Source of the DNA: Hyaloraphidium curvatum SAG 235-1
Taxonomy: Eukaryota > Fungi > Monoblepharomycota
Direction of reading: 5' to 3'
Length of the DNA stretch: 64,000 nt
NCBI GenBank assembly: GCA_025558095.1
Contig: JAIVFI010000025.1
Location: 589,717 to 653,716 of the forward strand
The notes under the pieces were generated by a model. That model saw nothing but the letters and a program-made list of their open reading frames with translations. It was not told where the DNA came from and searched no databases. The translations under genes were made by a program, and so were the position numbers. Numbering within the stretch: the first letter of the stretch is position 1; each line of letters starts with the position of its first letter. Shown here piece by piece: positions 18,560-31,267 of the stretch.

Positions 18560-19500
18560 GGCTGTCAGCAGGTTGCCGCGGAATCCGGCCTCGGCGGCAA
18601 GCCTGATACCCTCCGATCCCGCATCCGCGCGGTCCCGCGAACGACCCCGTGCAGAACAAGCACGTATGCCGGCACGTGCGGGTCTGCAATACGTCGCGCT
18701 TGCCAGCAGATTGCCGCTGGCGGGCACCGCAGGGCGCCCGCGCAGAAGTCCTGTGGAGTGGTGTCCCGTCCCATCGGCAGCCTCCTTGAGACCACGTTGT
18801 CCGTGTGCGCCGTCAAAGAAAAGGTGCAGGGCTCCTACCAGCTCCATTTGCGCCGACCACGAATATATCGGCGCCGCGAAACCCGAAGTCCAGCATCCGA
18901 AGGAGGCTTCTGCCTGTTTGCCACCAGGGTGCCCGGTCCGCCCTGATGCCGAACTTTCGCGTCGCAGAAGCGTCGGGCAGGATTCCGGCGCTGGGCGACG
19001 CAGACCAAGATCGGCATCCGGGTCCGTCCGAGTTGTGCGCTAGGGAATGGTGCGGATGCGCTACCGGAGAACTGTTCTGACGAAGGGCTCCCCACGCGTC
19101 AGAAGACACCCGTTGTTACCGCATCCGCGCGATCCAAAGAGTCCGATCCAGATTCTCGTGCGCGGGAAGTCCGCTTGGAGCCACGCGACGCCGGTGCCAA
19201 AAGGGACGAGCCTGTGTGGGCACCGCACAGGCGCCCGCGCCTATCTCCATGCACCGGCGTCCCGTTCGATCGGCCGTGCCCTCGAGTACACAACCGGACC
19301 AATGTACAGTATCACCTCAGGTGCCAAACAGATTGGTGCACACCATTCAGATGAGTTTCGGAGAGCTGGAGAGAGATCGAGATCCGCCCTGATGCCGATC
19401 CTCCTGCGGATGAGCAGCGACTGGCACCATTCCCGGCGCCGGTCATCGCACCCCGAGATAGGCACCTGGTCAGTCCGAACTGCCGGCGCGTGCAGGAACT
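18560..19500 (+). repeat. Repeat family C, degenerate ~450-500-bp tandem duplication, non-coding
   Basis: CGCATCCGCGCG at 18620/19120, GGGCACCGCA..GGCGCCCGCGC at 18722/19218 and TCCGCCCTGATGCCGA at 18937/19383. Confidence 0.65.
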
Positions 19501-20075
19501 TCTGATGCGGATCTATGCGCGCCACCTGCCCTGCGATTGAGTCCCGCGGCGGAGCCAAAGCACGGTACGACCCGCATGCGCTTGAATGCCGGCGCGCGTA
19601 GACTCCATCCACACATGGACAGCACTGCCATCCACGGGGCGCAGCAGATGCGCGCGGAGCGGAACCTCCTCGATAGAAGAAAGCCATCGTCCGCGGCTGT
19701 CTCCAAGTTGTCCGCGAACTTCCTTGACTCCTTTTCCGCTTCCAACCAGCACGAGCAGCACCATCCGTGATTCGGTGGCGCTTTCCGTGCCGGCGAGCAG
19801 CGGGAAGCGGGTTGACGTGGCGGTCCGTCGGGGGCGTCGTCCATGTCCGGTGGCTGTCGGCACTCCCCGCTCTTGGAAATCAGCGTGTTCCAGTCGGCCA
19901 GTAGGAAAGCGAGCATGTGCTGGCGCAAAGTGCGCGTCCTTCCCGGGTGAGTGAGCGGAGACCGGCCTTCGCTTTGCCTCCGCCCTCGTTCTCGGCGCCG
20001 TCGCCACACCCGTTCTCCGCACCACCGTCTCCCACCCTCGGAAATCAGACCTCTACCGCAGGCGCCGAGCAAATC

Positions 20076-21143
20076 ATGTCCGTCCTGCGCATGATCAACA
20101 AATCCACCGGCCTCGGCCGCGTGTCGCTCATCACCGGCGGCGCGTCGCCCGTCGGAATCGGCGCGGCCACGGCGCGAGTGTTCGCGCGCGAGGGGGCCAA
20201 GGTCATCATCTCGGATTTGGCGGACCGCGAGCAGGACGCGAAGAAGGTCGTCGCCGAGTGCAATGCTATCCGACCAAACTCGGCCGTGTTCATCCCGCTG
20301 GACGTCACGGACGAGCGCGACTGGGTGCGGGCGATGGAGGAGGTCGAGGCCAAGGTCGGAGTGCTCGATGTGCTCTTCAACAAGTCAGGCTCTCTTTTGC
20401 CTTGCCGATTTGAGGCTGAATGCTGTTTGCAGCGCCGGGATCAGCGGCGAGATCAACCAGCTACCCAACGAGACGATGGACACGGCGGACATCTCCCATT
20501 ACGAGAAGATCATGCGGATCAACTCGACGGGCGTGGTGCTGGGTCTCAAGTACGCGGCCAAGTCGATGAAGAAAAACAAAGTCGAGGAATGGAAGTCGAT
20601 CGTCATGACTTCGAGCGTGGCCGGCCTCCAGGGCAGCCCGGCGGTGCCGCTCGGCTACACGGCAAGGTTCCCTTCTTTGCTCTGCTGCCTTCTGATTCGA
20701 GCTGACGATGTTGGATGGCATCTAGCAAATGGGCTGTTCGCGGGCTGGCGAAGCACGGTTGGTAGCCCCCACATTTCCGGTCGGCATGTCACCCATCCTT
20801 CCTCCATTCCGAAGCTGCCCAGCTCGGCGTTGCCGACAAGATCCGATGCAATTCCATACATCCAGGCGTTATCGTCTCCGACATGACCGTCAACGCGGAA
20901 TGGTAGGTCGGCGGGCCAACGAAGACCCTCGTCTGATCTCTCTTTCCGCTCCCTTCCAGGGTCGACCACTCGGGCAAGCACAAGCCCGGCGTCGGCGAGA
21001 TGTTCCAGCAGCAGATCCCCTTCAAGCGCCCCGGCTGGCCCGACGAGGTGGCCGCCGCCGTGCTCTTCCTGGCCTCGCCCGAGTCGAGCTACATCTCGGG
21101 GCAGGCCACGGTCATCGACGGGGCCATCCACAACGGCAGCTAA
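20076..21143 (+). CDS. Classical short-chain dehydrogenase/reductase (3alpha,20beta-HSD/FabG-like), 4 introns
   Basis: ITGGASPVGIG, LDVTDE, spliced NNAGI, TSSVAG, spliced YTASK, RCNSIHPG, FLASPESSYISG. Confidence 0.93.
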
Positions 21144-21283
21144 TCATCGAGTGCCCGCTCGCTGTAATGCGCAATTCGGATTTGGAGAACAGAGTTTGTT
21201 GGATCGACCACGCATGTTCACGACGTCGCACTCCGACCCAACAAAACCAGGGCAAGCTATTTCTCGCTCTCTCACACCCAGTC

Positions 21284-23069
21284 TCACTTCTCCCTCTCCT
21301 CCACGAATGCGGTGCAGTCCCTCGGCCTCTGCGTCGCCGGCTCCGCGAACGCGACCTCGGCCCCGACGGGCTTGGTGGCGCGGTCCGTCATCTCGGCGGC
21401 AAAGTCGGGATCGTCGGGCCGCACGTCGTCGCGGTAGGCGAGGTCCGTGGCGATCCGGAAGCGGAAGCGCCGGAGGAACGAGGCCATCAGCACGCGGTAC
21501 TCCAGCAGGGCAAAGTCTTTGCCGATGCAGATTCGGGGCTTCGGGAAGAAATGAGCCAATCAACCAGTCAGATCGTGTCGACCGAGGACTCACGCCGTTG
21601 GAGAACGGGATGTAGGCAAAGAGGTGCTTGACGGGCGACTCGCCGAGCCATCGCTCGGGCTTGAACTCCTCGGCGTCGTCTCCCCAGAACCTCTTGCTCT
21701 TGTGGAGCGCCGTGTACCTGGAGGACGAAAACGTGAGCCGAGGACCTTTCGGATTGCTTTCGGGGGTACGAACGGGATGTAGATGGGAGTGTCGCCCGTC
21801 AGCACCTTGCCGTCGATCGTCTCCCCGGCGGGTACTGTCCGCATCGCCCCCGGCGCGATCGGGTGCATCCTCAGGACTTCCTTAAACACTGCACCCAGGT
21901 ACTCCATCTTGGCCTGTTCTTCGTAGCCGCAGGGGGAAGTCGGAGTGGGGAGGATCGAGTCGATTTCGGCGACGACCTTGGCGAGGGCTTCGGAGTGCTT
22001 GTTCAAGAGGAGGAGGGTGAAAGCGGACGTCGAGGCCGTGGTTTCGTGCCTTCGGCGGCGAAAGTTAATGAAGCGGCCAATGACTGACAGACCCGCGGAT
22101 GACGGCGTACCCGGCAACGAGGAAGGTCATGATTTCGTCAAGGAAATCCTCGTCCGACATGCGGTCCTCCGCGTTCGCGGACCCCATCTTCATGAGGAGG
22201 TCGAGGATGCTGTTACCGCCCTTCTCGTCGCCTGACTGCTCCCTCAGCCGCGCCTCCCGGACGATATCGAGGCCCAGCATCTTGAACTTGCCCAGCTCCT
22301 GGTAAAAGTTGTACGTCTCGCGCGGGTGTGTGATGTATCGCATCGGGTTCGTCAGGAGCTTGGCCGGCTCCGCGAGGCTGACATAGACCATGTTCTTGAT
22401 CGATGTCGTCCGCTCGTCGTCGGGCGAACTGGTCGTGAACCCGAACCGATACCCGAAACCGACCTCGCCGATGATGTCGAGGGTAACCTTGGAGAACCAT
22501 TCGCCCATGTCGACCGGCTCCCCCGGATGGGCCGCGACCTGTCGCGAGATGGCGTCTGCGAACAAGGTGCCGTACGATGAGAACGCCGGCACCATCTGCC
22601 GGAGAAAGTCGGGCTTGAAGCCGTGGTTCATGACGCGCCGCTTCCGGGACCAAACATCGCCCTCCGAAGTCAGGAGCCCGTTGCCCACGATCGGCCGGAC
22701 CGAGTCGTAGTCGGTCTTTGGGTAGTTCTTCTTCAGCAGCACTTGGTGGACCACGTCGGGGTCGTAAGACACGAGCATCGTGTAGAAGAATCCCAAATAG
22801 AGCGGGAACGTCTCCGGCACGGCAGGATCCTGGGCCATCAGCTGGGTGACCGCGGTGAAGTGCATGTTGGAGCGCGCAAAGAGATCCATATGGCCCTTCC
22901 ACAGCGTGTAGCCCTCGGTTCTCGGCGGCACGAAGCCGGCGGCCTCCAGCACGCGGCGCCGGTGGAAGTTCTTCAGGAAGGTCTGGCCAACGACGAAGCC
23001 GGCGTACAAGAGCGCCGCAGCGACGAGCGTGCCGACGACCCACAGCATTGTGGCCGCGCTGAACGCCAT
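21284..23069 (-). CDS. Cytochrome P450 (CYP4/CYP46-like motifs), multi-exon
   Basis: N-terminal TM anchor, GLLTSEGDVW, FLVAG/HETT I-helix, KEVLRMHP (ExxR), PERW, PFSNG/PRICIG heme motif. Confidence 0.95.
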
Positions 23070-23357
23070 CGCGGCCACGTTTGCGAGCGATGGGGTTGTT
23101 GGCGCGAAAGGGTCTCCCGCGCTCGCGCGCGGGCGTGGACCGGGCGTGGACCCCGAGGCGGCGAGACCCCGCAAACCTCCTACTCGAGGCAGAAAAGTGT
23201 CAGCGATAGATGATTGTAGCAAAATCTTTAAGATTCGAGATGCTGCGGAGGCGGTAGCTCGGGATGGCCGATCAAGATCGGGATCATCGACGCGGATCGC
23301 CACCCTTTAGCGCCGTCGCCGCATCTCCGTCCCCCAATCTCCGTCGCGGTCAGCGCC

Positions 23358-25545
23358 ATGCCGGCTCCTCTCCGCGCGCCGGAGAGGACGAAAGCAGATG
23401 TTGCCGATGCGGCGAACCAGAATGGCGCCAACGCGTGGTGGAAGGAAGGAGGGGGCGATGCCTTCGAGTTCGACTGTAAGTAGTCGCCAACGCGAATGTC
23501 GCGGGTGCATCGCGGGCCGGGAACCGATGGAGTGGGGATTTCGGTTCTTTGGAGCCTCTTCAGACGCGCTTCGTCGCGAAAGGCCGCCCTGTGTTCCCGC
23601 GACGCGCTGGGTGACCGCGCCACATGTGGACCTCCCCTCGGCTTGCCACTCATACGGCCTGTTCTCCCAGACATCGTTGTTGGATCGGGCTCTTCGGGAT
23701 CGGCTCTCGCAGGGCGGCTCGCCGAGCATCTCCCGGACAGTTCGATCCTGCTTCTGGAGGCCGGGCCTTCCAATGACCACCCCATGATCAAGTGCCCTTT
23801 CCGGATGTTCGACCTGCTGGGATCCGAATTCGATTGTCGGTTCATTGCCTCGTTCGTCTCGGAGCCCAGTCTCACCGCGTCGCTGATCTGCAGGGCAGTA
23901 CAAGACGGAGCCCATGCCGCTGGCCAACAACCGGATCATGGACTGGCCCCGCGGTCGCGCTCTTGGAGGCTCGTCGTCGATCAACGGCATTCTCTGGGTT
24001 CCGGGATCCCGCGTCGACTACGACGAGTGGGCCAAGATGGGCGCCACGGGCTGGGACTACGACTCGGTGAAGCACTACTTCGAAGCCATGGAGACCGTGC
24101 ACGGCCTCGACAGGAAGGGCCGAGGCAAAAGTGGGCCCGTGGACGTGACGTCGTTCAAGAAGGAGCAAGTGAATCCCTGTGGGCGCGACAGATCCGTCCT
24201 CTGATCTTGGCCTGACGACGCCAAAGTCTCGCAGCTGTTTGTCGAGGCGTGCGCTGCCCTTCCGGATGCCCCGCCGCCGGCGTCGTTCCATATTCCCTTA
24301 ACGGAAGACTACAACTCGGGCGAGAACCTCGGGGCGTCCCTTTCCCAGAACAACTGCTACAAGGGAGCCCGCTCGGACATCTACAGCAGCTACATAAGGA
24401 AGCGCGGCCTCGACAAGGGACCGCCTGGGGCAGCCAAGGGGCTGACGGTTTTGACGCACGCCGAAGCCACGAAGCTGCACTTTAAGCCGGACATGTCGCT
24501 GGACGTCGTCGAGGTCCTGTACTCGCCGCCGAGCGGCGAAGCCCAGACCATTCGGTTCCGGGCGCGGGCGGAAACGGTCCTGTCTGCGGGCGCCATCAAC
24601 ACCCCGCTCCTCCTCCTCGCCTCCGGCGTCGGCCCCAAGGCCGACCTTGAGGCCGCGGGCATCCCCTGCATGCTCGACCTGCCCGTCGGGAAGGGCCTGC
24701 AGGACCACCTGTACGCGAGCCTGTACTTCCTGACCAAACCTGGCGGGCCGGACCGGGGCCCGATCACCAAGGACAGGATCGAGAGCGGGCTCAAGGAGTG
24801 GGACGACACCGACGGCGGCGGCGAGCTCAGCGTCGGACCGACGGAGGCGGTGGCATTCTTCAAGAGCGGTCTGGACGGCTTCTACGGCTGCGATGCGGAG
24901 GTGCAGGTCGATGTGCCGCATTCCGAAACGTGACCTGACCACGGCCCATCCTGCTACCGCAGATCGAGTTCTCGCCCATCTTTTGGGACAAGCCGGAGGA
25001 CGAGGCAATCTGCTTCATTACCGAGGTGGTGGGCTCCCTCTCGCGCGGCGAGATCAAGGTGGTGAAAGGAGCGGACGGGCAACCGCACTTCGAGATCCAC
25101 GTGAGCGTGATCGCGTGTTCGGATGTTTTCCTGTTTTGACACCGTCGATCAGCCCGAGTACTTTACCGTCGACCGCGATCTCAAAGTGCTCGTCCGCGCC
25201 CTCCAGGCTTCGCGCCGGATCGCTGCGACGAATCCCCTGGCCGAGCGTGTTAAGGAGGAGTTCGTAGACCCGGAGATCGCCGCGCTACACGACCCGTTCA
25301 AGGAGGAGCAGAAGTACCTCGAGGAGTTCGCCAAGAAGTACTGTGTCACGGTCTATCACCCCGCGTGCACAACGGCCATCGGCAAGGTGGTTGACACCGA
25401 GCTCAAGGTCAAGGGGATCAAGGGGCTTCGGATCGCCGACGCCGGTGTGATGCCCCGGATCGTCGCAGGCAACACGAACGCGCCGTGCGTCATGATCGGA
25501 GAGAAGTGCGCGGCGATGCTGATTGCGGAGAGGCAGAAGCGTTAG
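23358..25545 (+). CDS. GMC oxidoreductase (choline/aryl-alcohol dehydrogenase-like), multi-exon; first intron 23476-23670
   Basis: Spliced FDYIVVGSGSSG, LLLEAG, PRGRALGGSSSING, LSAGAINTP, VGKGLQDH, YHPACT, GLRIADAGVMP...GNTNAP. Confidence 0.95.
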
Positions 25546-26005
25546 CCGTCATCCAGATATGCTGTGTAGCTCATGGAGGTTTTTGACTGTCAGCTGCGCC
25601 GAGCGCCTCGATCTTGCCAGCCATGTTTACACGAAAAGCGAAGCCCTGCCCCCCGAAATGTACCCTTCCATCTCGTAGAGCCACTGAGCCGTGCCCTCCA
25701 CCCGACGACTTACCTCACCGGCCGCCCTCCCAGCCGCCGTGGACTGGCAAGGATTGTGGACCTGAACGATTGGAACGCCGTGTTGCGAGAGTGAATCTGA
25801 TCGTCAGGCCGCCAGGTCATCAGGAGGCGGCGCTGGCAACCGGCGGTGCGGCCCTGCGAGCGTTTGATGACAACAGTCCTTATACGGCGCGGGATGGGAG
25901 TCCGCGACGGCCAGACGTGGAACTCGCGGTAGAACTGTCGGCTTCGCGCGGCGGTGCGGCCGGGCTCAGCACCATTTTCCTGTCTCCCGTTCACGCCCAA
26001 ACACG

Positions 26006-27079
26006 ATGGACGCCGCCGTAGGACCGAAGCTCCTCGACCACATCTCCGACACATTGGCTCCTGCTGGAACGCGTTTGGCGATAGCCGGCGCGGATTTGCA
26101 GCCGGGAGCGGCGGCCGGACTGAAGAACGCGAACGTGGTGCTGGAGGCCCAACCGGAGCCCGCCGGGGGCCCGTTCCGAGTGCTCCTGCGCGTGTATGCC
26201 TTTCCCAGCGTCATAATCTCCGGTCGCACCGCGGCGGAGAACGAGGCCGCCGTGTTGGAGCTCCTCGGACGCGCGTCTCCCGGTCTCGCTCCGAAGCTCC
26301 TCCTCAAGCGCGCCTCTGGAGCGCCCGGAGCCGGCCCTGAGGAGGAGCAGGATTGGAACGTTATCGAGTATATCACGAATGAGGGCGGCCTGACCCCTCA
26401 GGAAGCTTTTGCCCGCGGATCCCAGGCCATGGCGCTCCTAGCTACAGTTCACGGGGTGGACCTCGCAAAGAACCCGAACTCTTTCGTATTGGACGTGCCG
26501 GCGGAAGAGCTCCGTCTTGTGCCGGATTCGGACGCTGTTGGACCGGGCTTCCTGGCGAGCTGCGGGGACGGCGAGTATGGAGCGAAGCTGGCTGCAACCT
26601 GGACCAAGGTTCAGCAGGTTTCCGACGTCCACGGCGACGTTTTCGCATCTCTGCCCCGCGAGGCCTTGATCCACGGCGATTCGCACGCCGGAAACTTCCT
26701 CAAGACCGGGGATGGATTGCGCCTCATCGATTTCGAAGGCGCCCGCGTCGGATGCGAGCTGGAAGACCTGGGATCCTTCTTCGTCGTGGTCTTTCCTCCA
26801 CTGTCTGGTGAACAAGAAGCTGCCCTGCTCTCGGACTACCGCCACCATGCCGGATCGCGGACCTGCGACATGCTTGACAAACTGCAAGGCCAAGACGGGG
26901 ACCTGCAGCGGGCTTTGAGCCTCTTCAAGATCCGCAAGCTGTGCCGGATGATTTCCTTCTTCAACGACGCCGTGGACAAGATGGGACCGGAGGCGGCGTC
27001 GAGCCCGGCTGCCAACGCATTGGCTGGCGGAGCCAGGTTCTTCTTGGGCCTGCTCGACAACATCCTCCAGAGCCTGTAG
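26006..27079 (+). CDS. APH / choline-kinase-like phosphotransferase, intronless
   Basis: Brenner motif IHGDSHAGN, LIDFE and EDLG. Confidence 0.85.
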   Translation: MDAAVGPKLLDHISDTLAPAGTRLAIAGADLQPGAAAGLKNANVVLEAQPEPAGGPFRVLLRVYAFPSVIISGRTAAENEAAVLELLGRASPGLAPKLLLKRASGAPGAGPEEEQDWNVIEYITNEGGLTPQEAFARGSQAMALLATVHGVDLAKNPNSFVLDVPAEELRLVPDSDAVGPGFLASCGDGEYGAKLAATWTKVQQVSDVHGDVFASLPREALIHGDSHAGNFLKTGDGLRLIDFEGARVGCELEDLGSFFVVVFPPLSGEQEAALLSDYRHHAGSRTCDMLDKLQGQDGDLQRALSLFKIRKLCRMISFFNDAVDKMGPEAASSPAANALAGGARFFLGLLDNILQSL

Positions 27080-27393
27080 GTTACGTATGTACTCGGAAGC
27101 CATTCGCTACAATGCCCAAGAAGTGCCTGATCCTGATCCTAGCGTCCGATCGGGATCAATCGACGGCGTCATCCGTTCCGCGGCGTTGCGCCCGCCGCCC
27201 GCCCGCGCGGGGACCGACTTTTCTCGCAACACAGTCATCCGTCGAAAGCGCTCCTTGGCCCCGGACGAACACGCAGCTTCAGCGGAAAACTTGCTCCAGT
27301 ACCGCGACTGGCAGCAGATCCTCGCCGCGCCGGGATTTGAGGGCGGGGAGGGTGTGGGGCACTGGACTTTCTCGGACCGCGGAACTCCCCGCC

Positions 27394-28224
27394 ATGTCGG
27401 CCCGCCATGTCGCCGGCGAGGTCTTTGCCGCGCTCTGCGTGGTCTGCTGGGCACTGGTACCGGCGCCGCAGGTCTGGAAGAACTGGCGCAGCAAGACCAC
27501 TGAGGGCCTTTCTCCGTTCTTGGCACTCATCTGGATCTTCAATTCGATGTTGATAGGCGCTTTCACAATCGTCGAGGGCCTTTCGGCGGGCTTGATAGCG
27601 CAGCCCTTCATCAGCGCCTTCATGCTCCTCGTCGTGACCTGGCAAATCATGTACTACGCCCCGGCGAACAAGCGGGACTGGCGGCGGCCGACGCTCTACA
27701 CCTTCGGGCTCACGGGCTTCTTCGGCGGCGTGCTCGTCGGGCTGGTCTTCGGGCTGCGCGCCGCCGACCGCGCAGGCGTTTCCTTGGACTGGTTCGCCTA
27801 CATCACCACCGTGGTGGGAGTAGGTGGAATGGTGCCCCAGTACTACGAGACGTGGAAGTTCCAGCGCGTTCTCGGACTCTCGCTGGGCCTCTGCCTTCTG
27901 GACATGTGCGGTTCTCTCTTTGGAGCAACGTCCGTTGCTCTCGCGACCGACCCACTCAATGTGCCCGCCTTCGTGCTGTACATCGTATACGCGCCTTTTG
28001 TAGGAGGCATGATTCCCCTGCACTACGCGCTGGAGACGAGGTGGAGGCGTCTGCACCCGGAGGAGGCGGCCCGGGACGTGGAAAAGGCGGAAGGGGCCGA
28101 GGTGAAGGAGGACGTCGACAAAGACGGGAAAACCGAGGATGCGGAGGCTGAACCGGACTCTGGCACGGTCGAGGTGATGGAGGGCGATTATGTGGCACCG
28201 CAGGCACCTCGTAGTGCCCAATAG
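27394..28224 (+). CDS. PQ-loop repeat transporter (YPQ/cystinosin-like), intronless
   Basis: APQVWKNWRSKTTEGLS and VPQYYETWKFQRVLGLS repeats, with about 7 hydrophobic segments. Confidence 0.92.
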   Translation: MSARHVAGEVFAALCVVCWALVPAPQVWKNWRSKTTEGLSPFLALIWIFNSMLIGAFTIVEGLSAGLIAQPFISAFMLLVVTWQIMYYAPANKRDWRRPTLYTFGLTGFFGGVLVGLVFGLRAADRAGVSLDWFAYITTVVGVGGMVPQYYETWKFQRVLGLSLGLCLLDMCGSLFGATSVALATDPLNVPAFVLYIVYAPFVGGMIPLHYALETRWRRLHPEEAARDVEKAEGAEVKEDVDKDGKTEDAEAEPDSGTVEVMEGDYVAPQAPRSAQ

Positions 28225-28321
28225 GTGTGTCACCCCAACTCTTCTCTTGCCGGCCTGGCTGACTTGCTTTCGTCAGATCTTTCTCTATCACAATGAGCAT
28301 TCTTTTCCGTTCTCTGTTTGT

Positions 28322-30821
28322 CTAGTTCACCGATCCGCCCTGCGATCCGTCGCCGACAAGCCAGCCGTCGATCTCCACCCTCCCCATACCCTCCGCCCAG
28401 AACACCCAGTCTCCCTCGGCCTCACTGGCGCTCGCAAAGGGCGGCAGCTCGGCCACGATGGTGCGGGTGGCCCCTTCGGCGTCGTCATGCACGAGCAGAG
28501 CCTCGGATGGCGACCCCGCCCCCCCCTGGTCGAACCCGCTCGATTCGAGCGACGCCTGCGAGGCCTGGACGTCCTCGTCCGGCGCGCCGGCGTAGCTCTC
28601 CTGCACCTTGCGCAGCAGGCTCGCGCGGTACGCCGCCGCCGGGTTGTCGGCGGGCGCGGCCTGCCTGCCAACCCTGACCAGCGACGAGAAGGCGCCGAAG
28701 ATGCCGCGGCGAATGCTGCCGCCCTGCTGCTCGACCTCGTCGGCGGCGGGGGCGACGGCGCTCCAGTCGTGCGCGAAGACCATCCTCCACCCTTCCTCCT
28801 CCTTCCCCGCCCTGCCCTGGGCGACCTCCTTCAGCACCGCCAGGGCATCCACCTCCTTCCCCCCCTTCCCGACCCTCTTTGCCCACACCTTCACCTCCCC
28901 GCCAACCCTTCCCTCCTCGTCAGTCTCGGCCGTCAGCGCGACCTGCCAGCCCGACGGCACAGCCCCCCTCTGCACCCTCGCCCACCCGAGCCCCGCGCCC
29001 TGCCCGGGCACTGGCGCGTAAGCGATTCGCAGGCTCTCCACGGGCCACTTCCACGCCTCCGCCACCCGGCCCTCCCGCCGCATCTCGAAGGAGGCGACGT
29101 ACCGGGGGGGAACCTGCCCGTTGGCGCAGGCGAGGGGGCGCCGCCCGCCCCCGCGGAAGCGCGCCTCGATACGGGCGATGCGGCCGGGGGCGTGCTGTTC
29201 GGGGACCGAGAGGTCGTTGCGCAGGGCGACGTGGCCGTCGCCCTGCAGCAGGTCGTCGAGGCTGGCCGTGGGGTCCGAGGGGTGCAGCGAGTATTCGACC
29301 AGGCGGACGTGGCCGTTGCGGATGCGGGCGACGCGCACGTCCGAGACGGTGCAGGAAAAGTCGCCGCCCGCCGAGTGCCAGTGCGTGAACACGAAGGGGC
29401 GGGCGGGGATGCCGTGCATGGCGCGGAGGAGGTGCGCGAGGTGGGCGTCTGCGGAGCCGGAGCAGGGGAAGCTGAGGCGCACGTGCAAGTCGGGACCGAG
29501 GTTGGGGACCGAGGAGGCCGAGGCCGAGGCGGAGGCGCGGGAGAGGTGGGATTGCTTGCGCGAGGGGCGGGAGAAGGCGGTGATGCTGGCGAAGCGGAGG
29601 ACCGAGGCCGAAGGGGGTAGCGACGGCGGCGCAATGCCCTGGAGCTCGTCGGCCCCCGCGGACTCGATGGCCTGCCGCGAGGACGCCTCGATGCGGCGGT
29701 CGGGCCTGCGGGGCGCGATGCCGGCGCCCATGCCGCCGATCATCGGGTCCATCAGCCACAACTGGACCTCCTGCACCTCGAGCAGCCGCTTCCAGCCGCC
29801 GTGAATGAGGTGGTCGAGCTTGGCGTTGATGTGGCGGATGTTGTGCTCGGCGCGCAGCGACATGGTGCTGACAAAGTCGGACTGGATGCGGTCGCGGGCG
29901 GCCTGGCGGTTCTGCGACATCATGATGATGGGGGCCTGGAAGGCTGGAAACGTGGGGGTGAGCTGCTGTCGGCGACGTTCACGAGGCTGCTCCTACCCGC
30001 GAGCATGCTGAGGAACAGGTTGAGCAGGATGAAAGGGAACGGATCCCAATGCAAGTTCTCGGGCAGAATGACGGTGTTGAGCAGGCACCAAATGATGAGC
30101 GCGCTCAGCAGGGAGAGCACGAATCTGAAGACGGGAGCCGTGAGGACGCAATTGTCGGAGCCGCGAAGCTTGACACCGACGCCCAGGATCCGCCCCGTGC
30201 CGCGACGCCGTCCGCCGCCCGCTGTCCAAGAGTCCTGTTCGTCTCGAACTTCTTTTGCCAACCCCCCTCCTTCTCCTCCCACTCCTCGAGGTTCTTCATC
30301 GCCGCGTCCCCGAGCTGCCCCGTGGCCCGCGCGTCCTCCTCCAGCAACGCGTGCAGCCTCGCTGACAGGATGCGGCGCAGGCACGACGCGCAGGCGGCGT
30401 TGGGCTTGGGCGGCTGCGCGCCCAGGGGCACCTTGGTGGCTTTGCCCTGCGCCGGCTTGGATGCGCTGCCGACCAGCGCGAGCACGGCAGGGGATAGAGC
30501 CCGCAGCGGGACCATGGCCTCCTCGAGCCGGCCGCAGACGGCGCACGCCTCGGGACGGGTGGGCTTGGTGGCTCCGGCACCGGCCCCCTTGTCGGGCTTC
30601 CCGGCTGGCACTCCAATCCGAGGCATTGTAGGCGCCTCGTATCCCTCCGCCGTCTGCGCCACGGAGGAATCGGGGCCGGCCGCGGTGCCGGGCGACGCGT
30701 CGGGGGTGCCGGCGCGGGGCGTGGCGGAGCCCTCGTCGGTGCCCGCCGAAGGAGGAGCGCCGTCCACGACGATGCTGTGCAGTGAGGCCGCGGGATGCAG
30801 GGCCGGCGGTGCGGGATCCAT
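28322..30821 (-). CDS. DUF1003-domain membrane protein with an N-terminal CxxC pair and a long C-terminal extension; 2 introns
   Basis: RTLGQRAADGVAARGGSW, WDPFPFILLNLFLSMLA, QAPIIMMSQNRQAARDR and KLDHL; CAVC and CASC upstream. Confidence 0.88.
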
Positions 30822-31267
30822 GGCTCGGATGGGCGGTGTGCAGGGGTCGGATCCGGAAAGCTTTTGGAAGGGCCGCGCGGTCCAAACACCGCGCTTGGGC
30901 CCGGGCGACGACCCCTGGCAGCGGAAATGGCAGCAAAGCCAAATCACGGTTGACCACGCTTCGTGGCCACTGCACTGCAACAGCAGACTTTTTCAGTCCT
31001 GGTCTCGCTGATGATTTCGAGAACGGGGGTGGTCGGCTTTACACTGTCGAGGATCCAGAGGACCAGCCGCTGGTGGTCGAGGGCGGCATCTCCAATCACC
31101 ACAAAAGCTCGATATCCAGTATTCTCTATGTTGTGCTGCGACGATTTGCTGCGCTCCGGGCGAGCAAATCGCTCTTTCGGGCGATGACGTGGGAAGGGAC
31201 CGTGCGTCCCTAAAAGGGACGCGCTCCGCCCGCCCGGGAACGACCAGTCATCCAAACTCCACACACG

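Noticed and set aside
18560-19500. Family C as the reverse complement of family B
   Set aside because: Only short GGACGGAC-like matches are present; there is no collinear block series.
23476-23670. TPP riboswitch in the long GMC or ADH introns
   Set aside because: The CTGAGA and the downstream CCTGAT...GCG.AGGGA core elements are absent.
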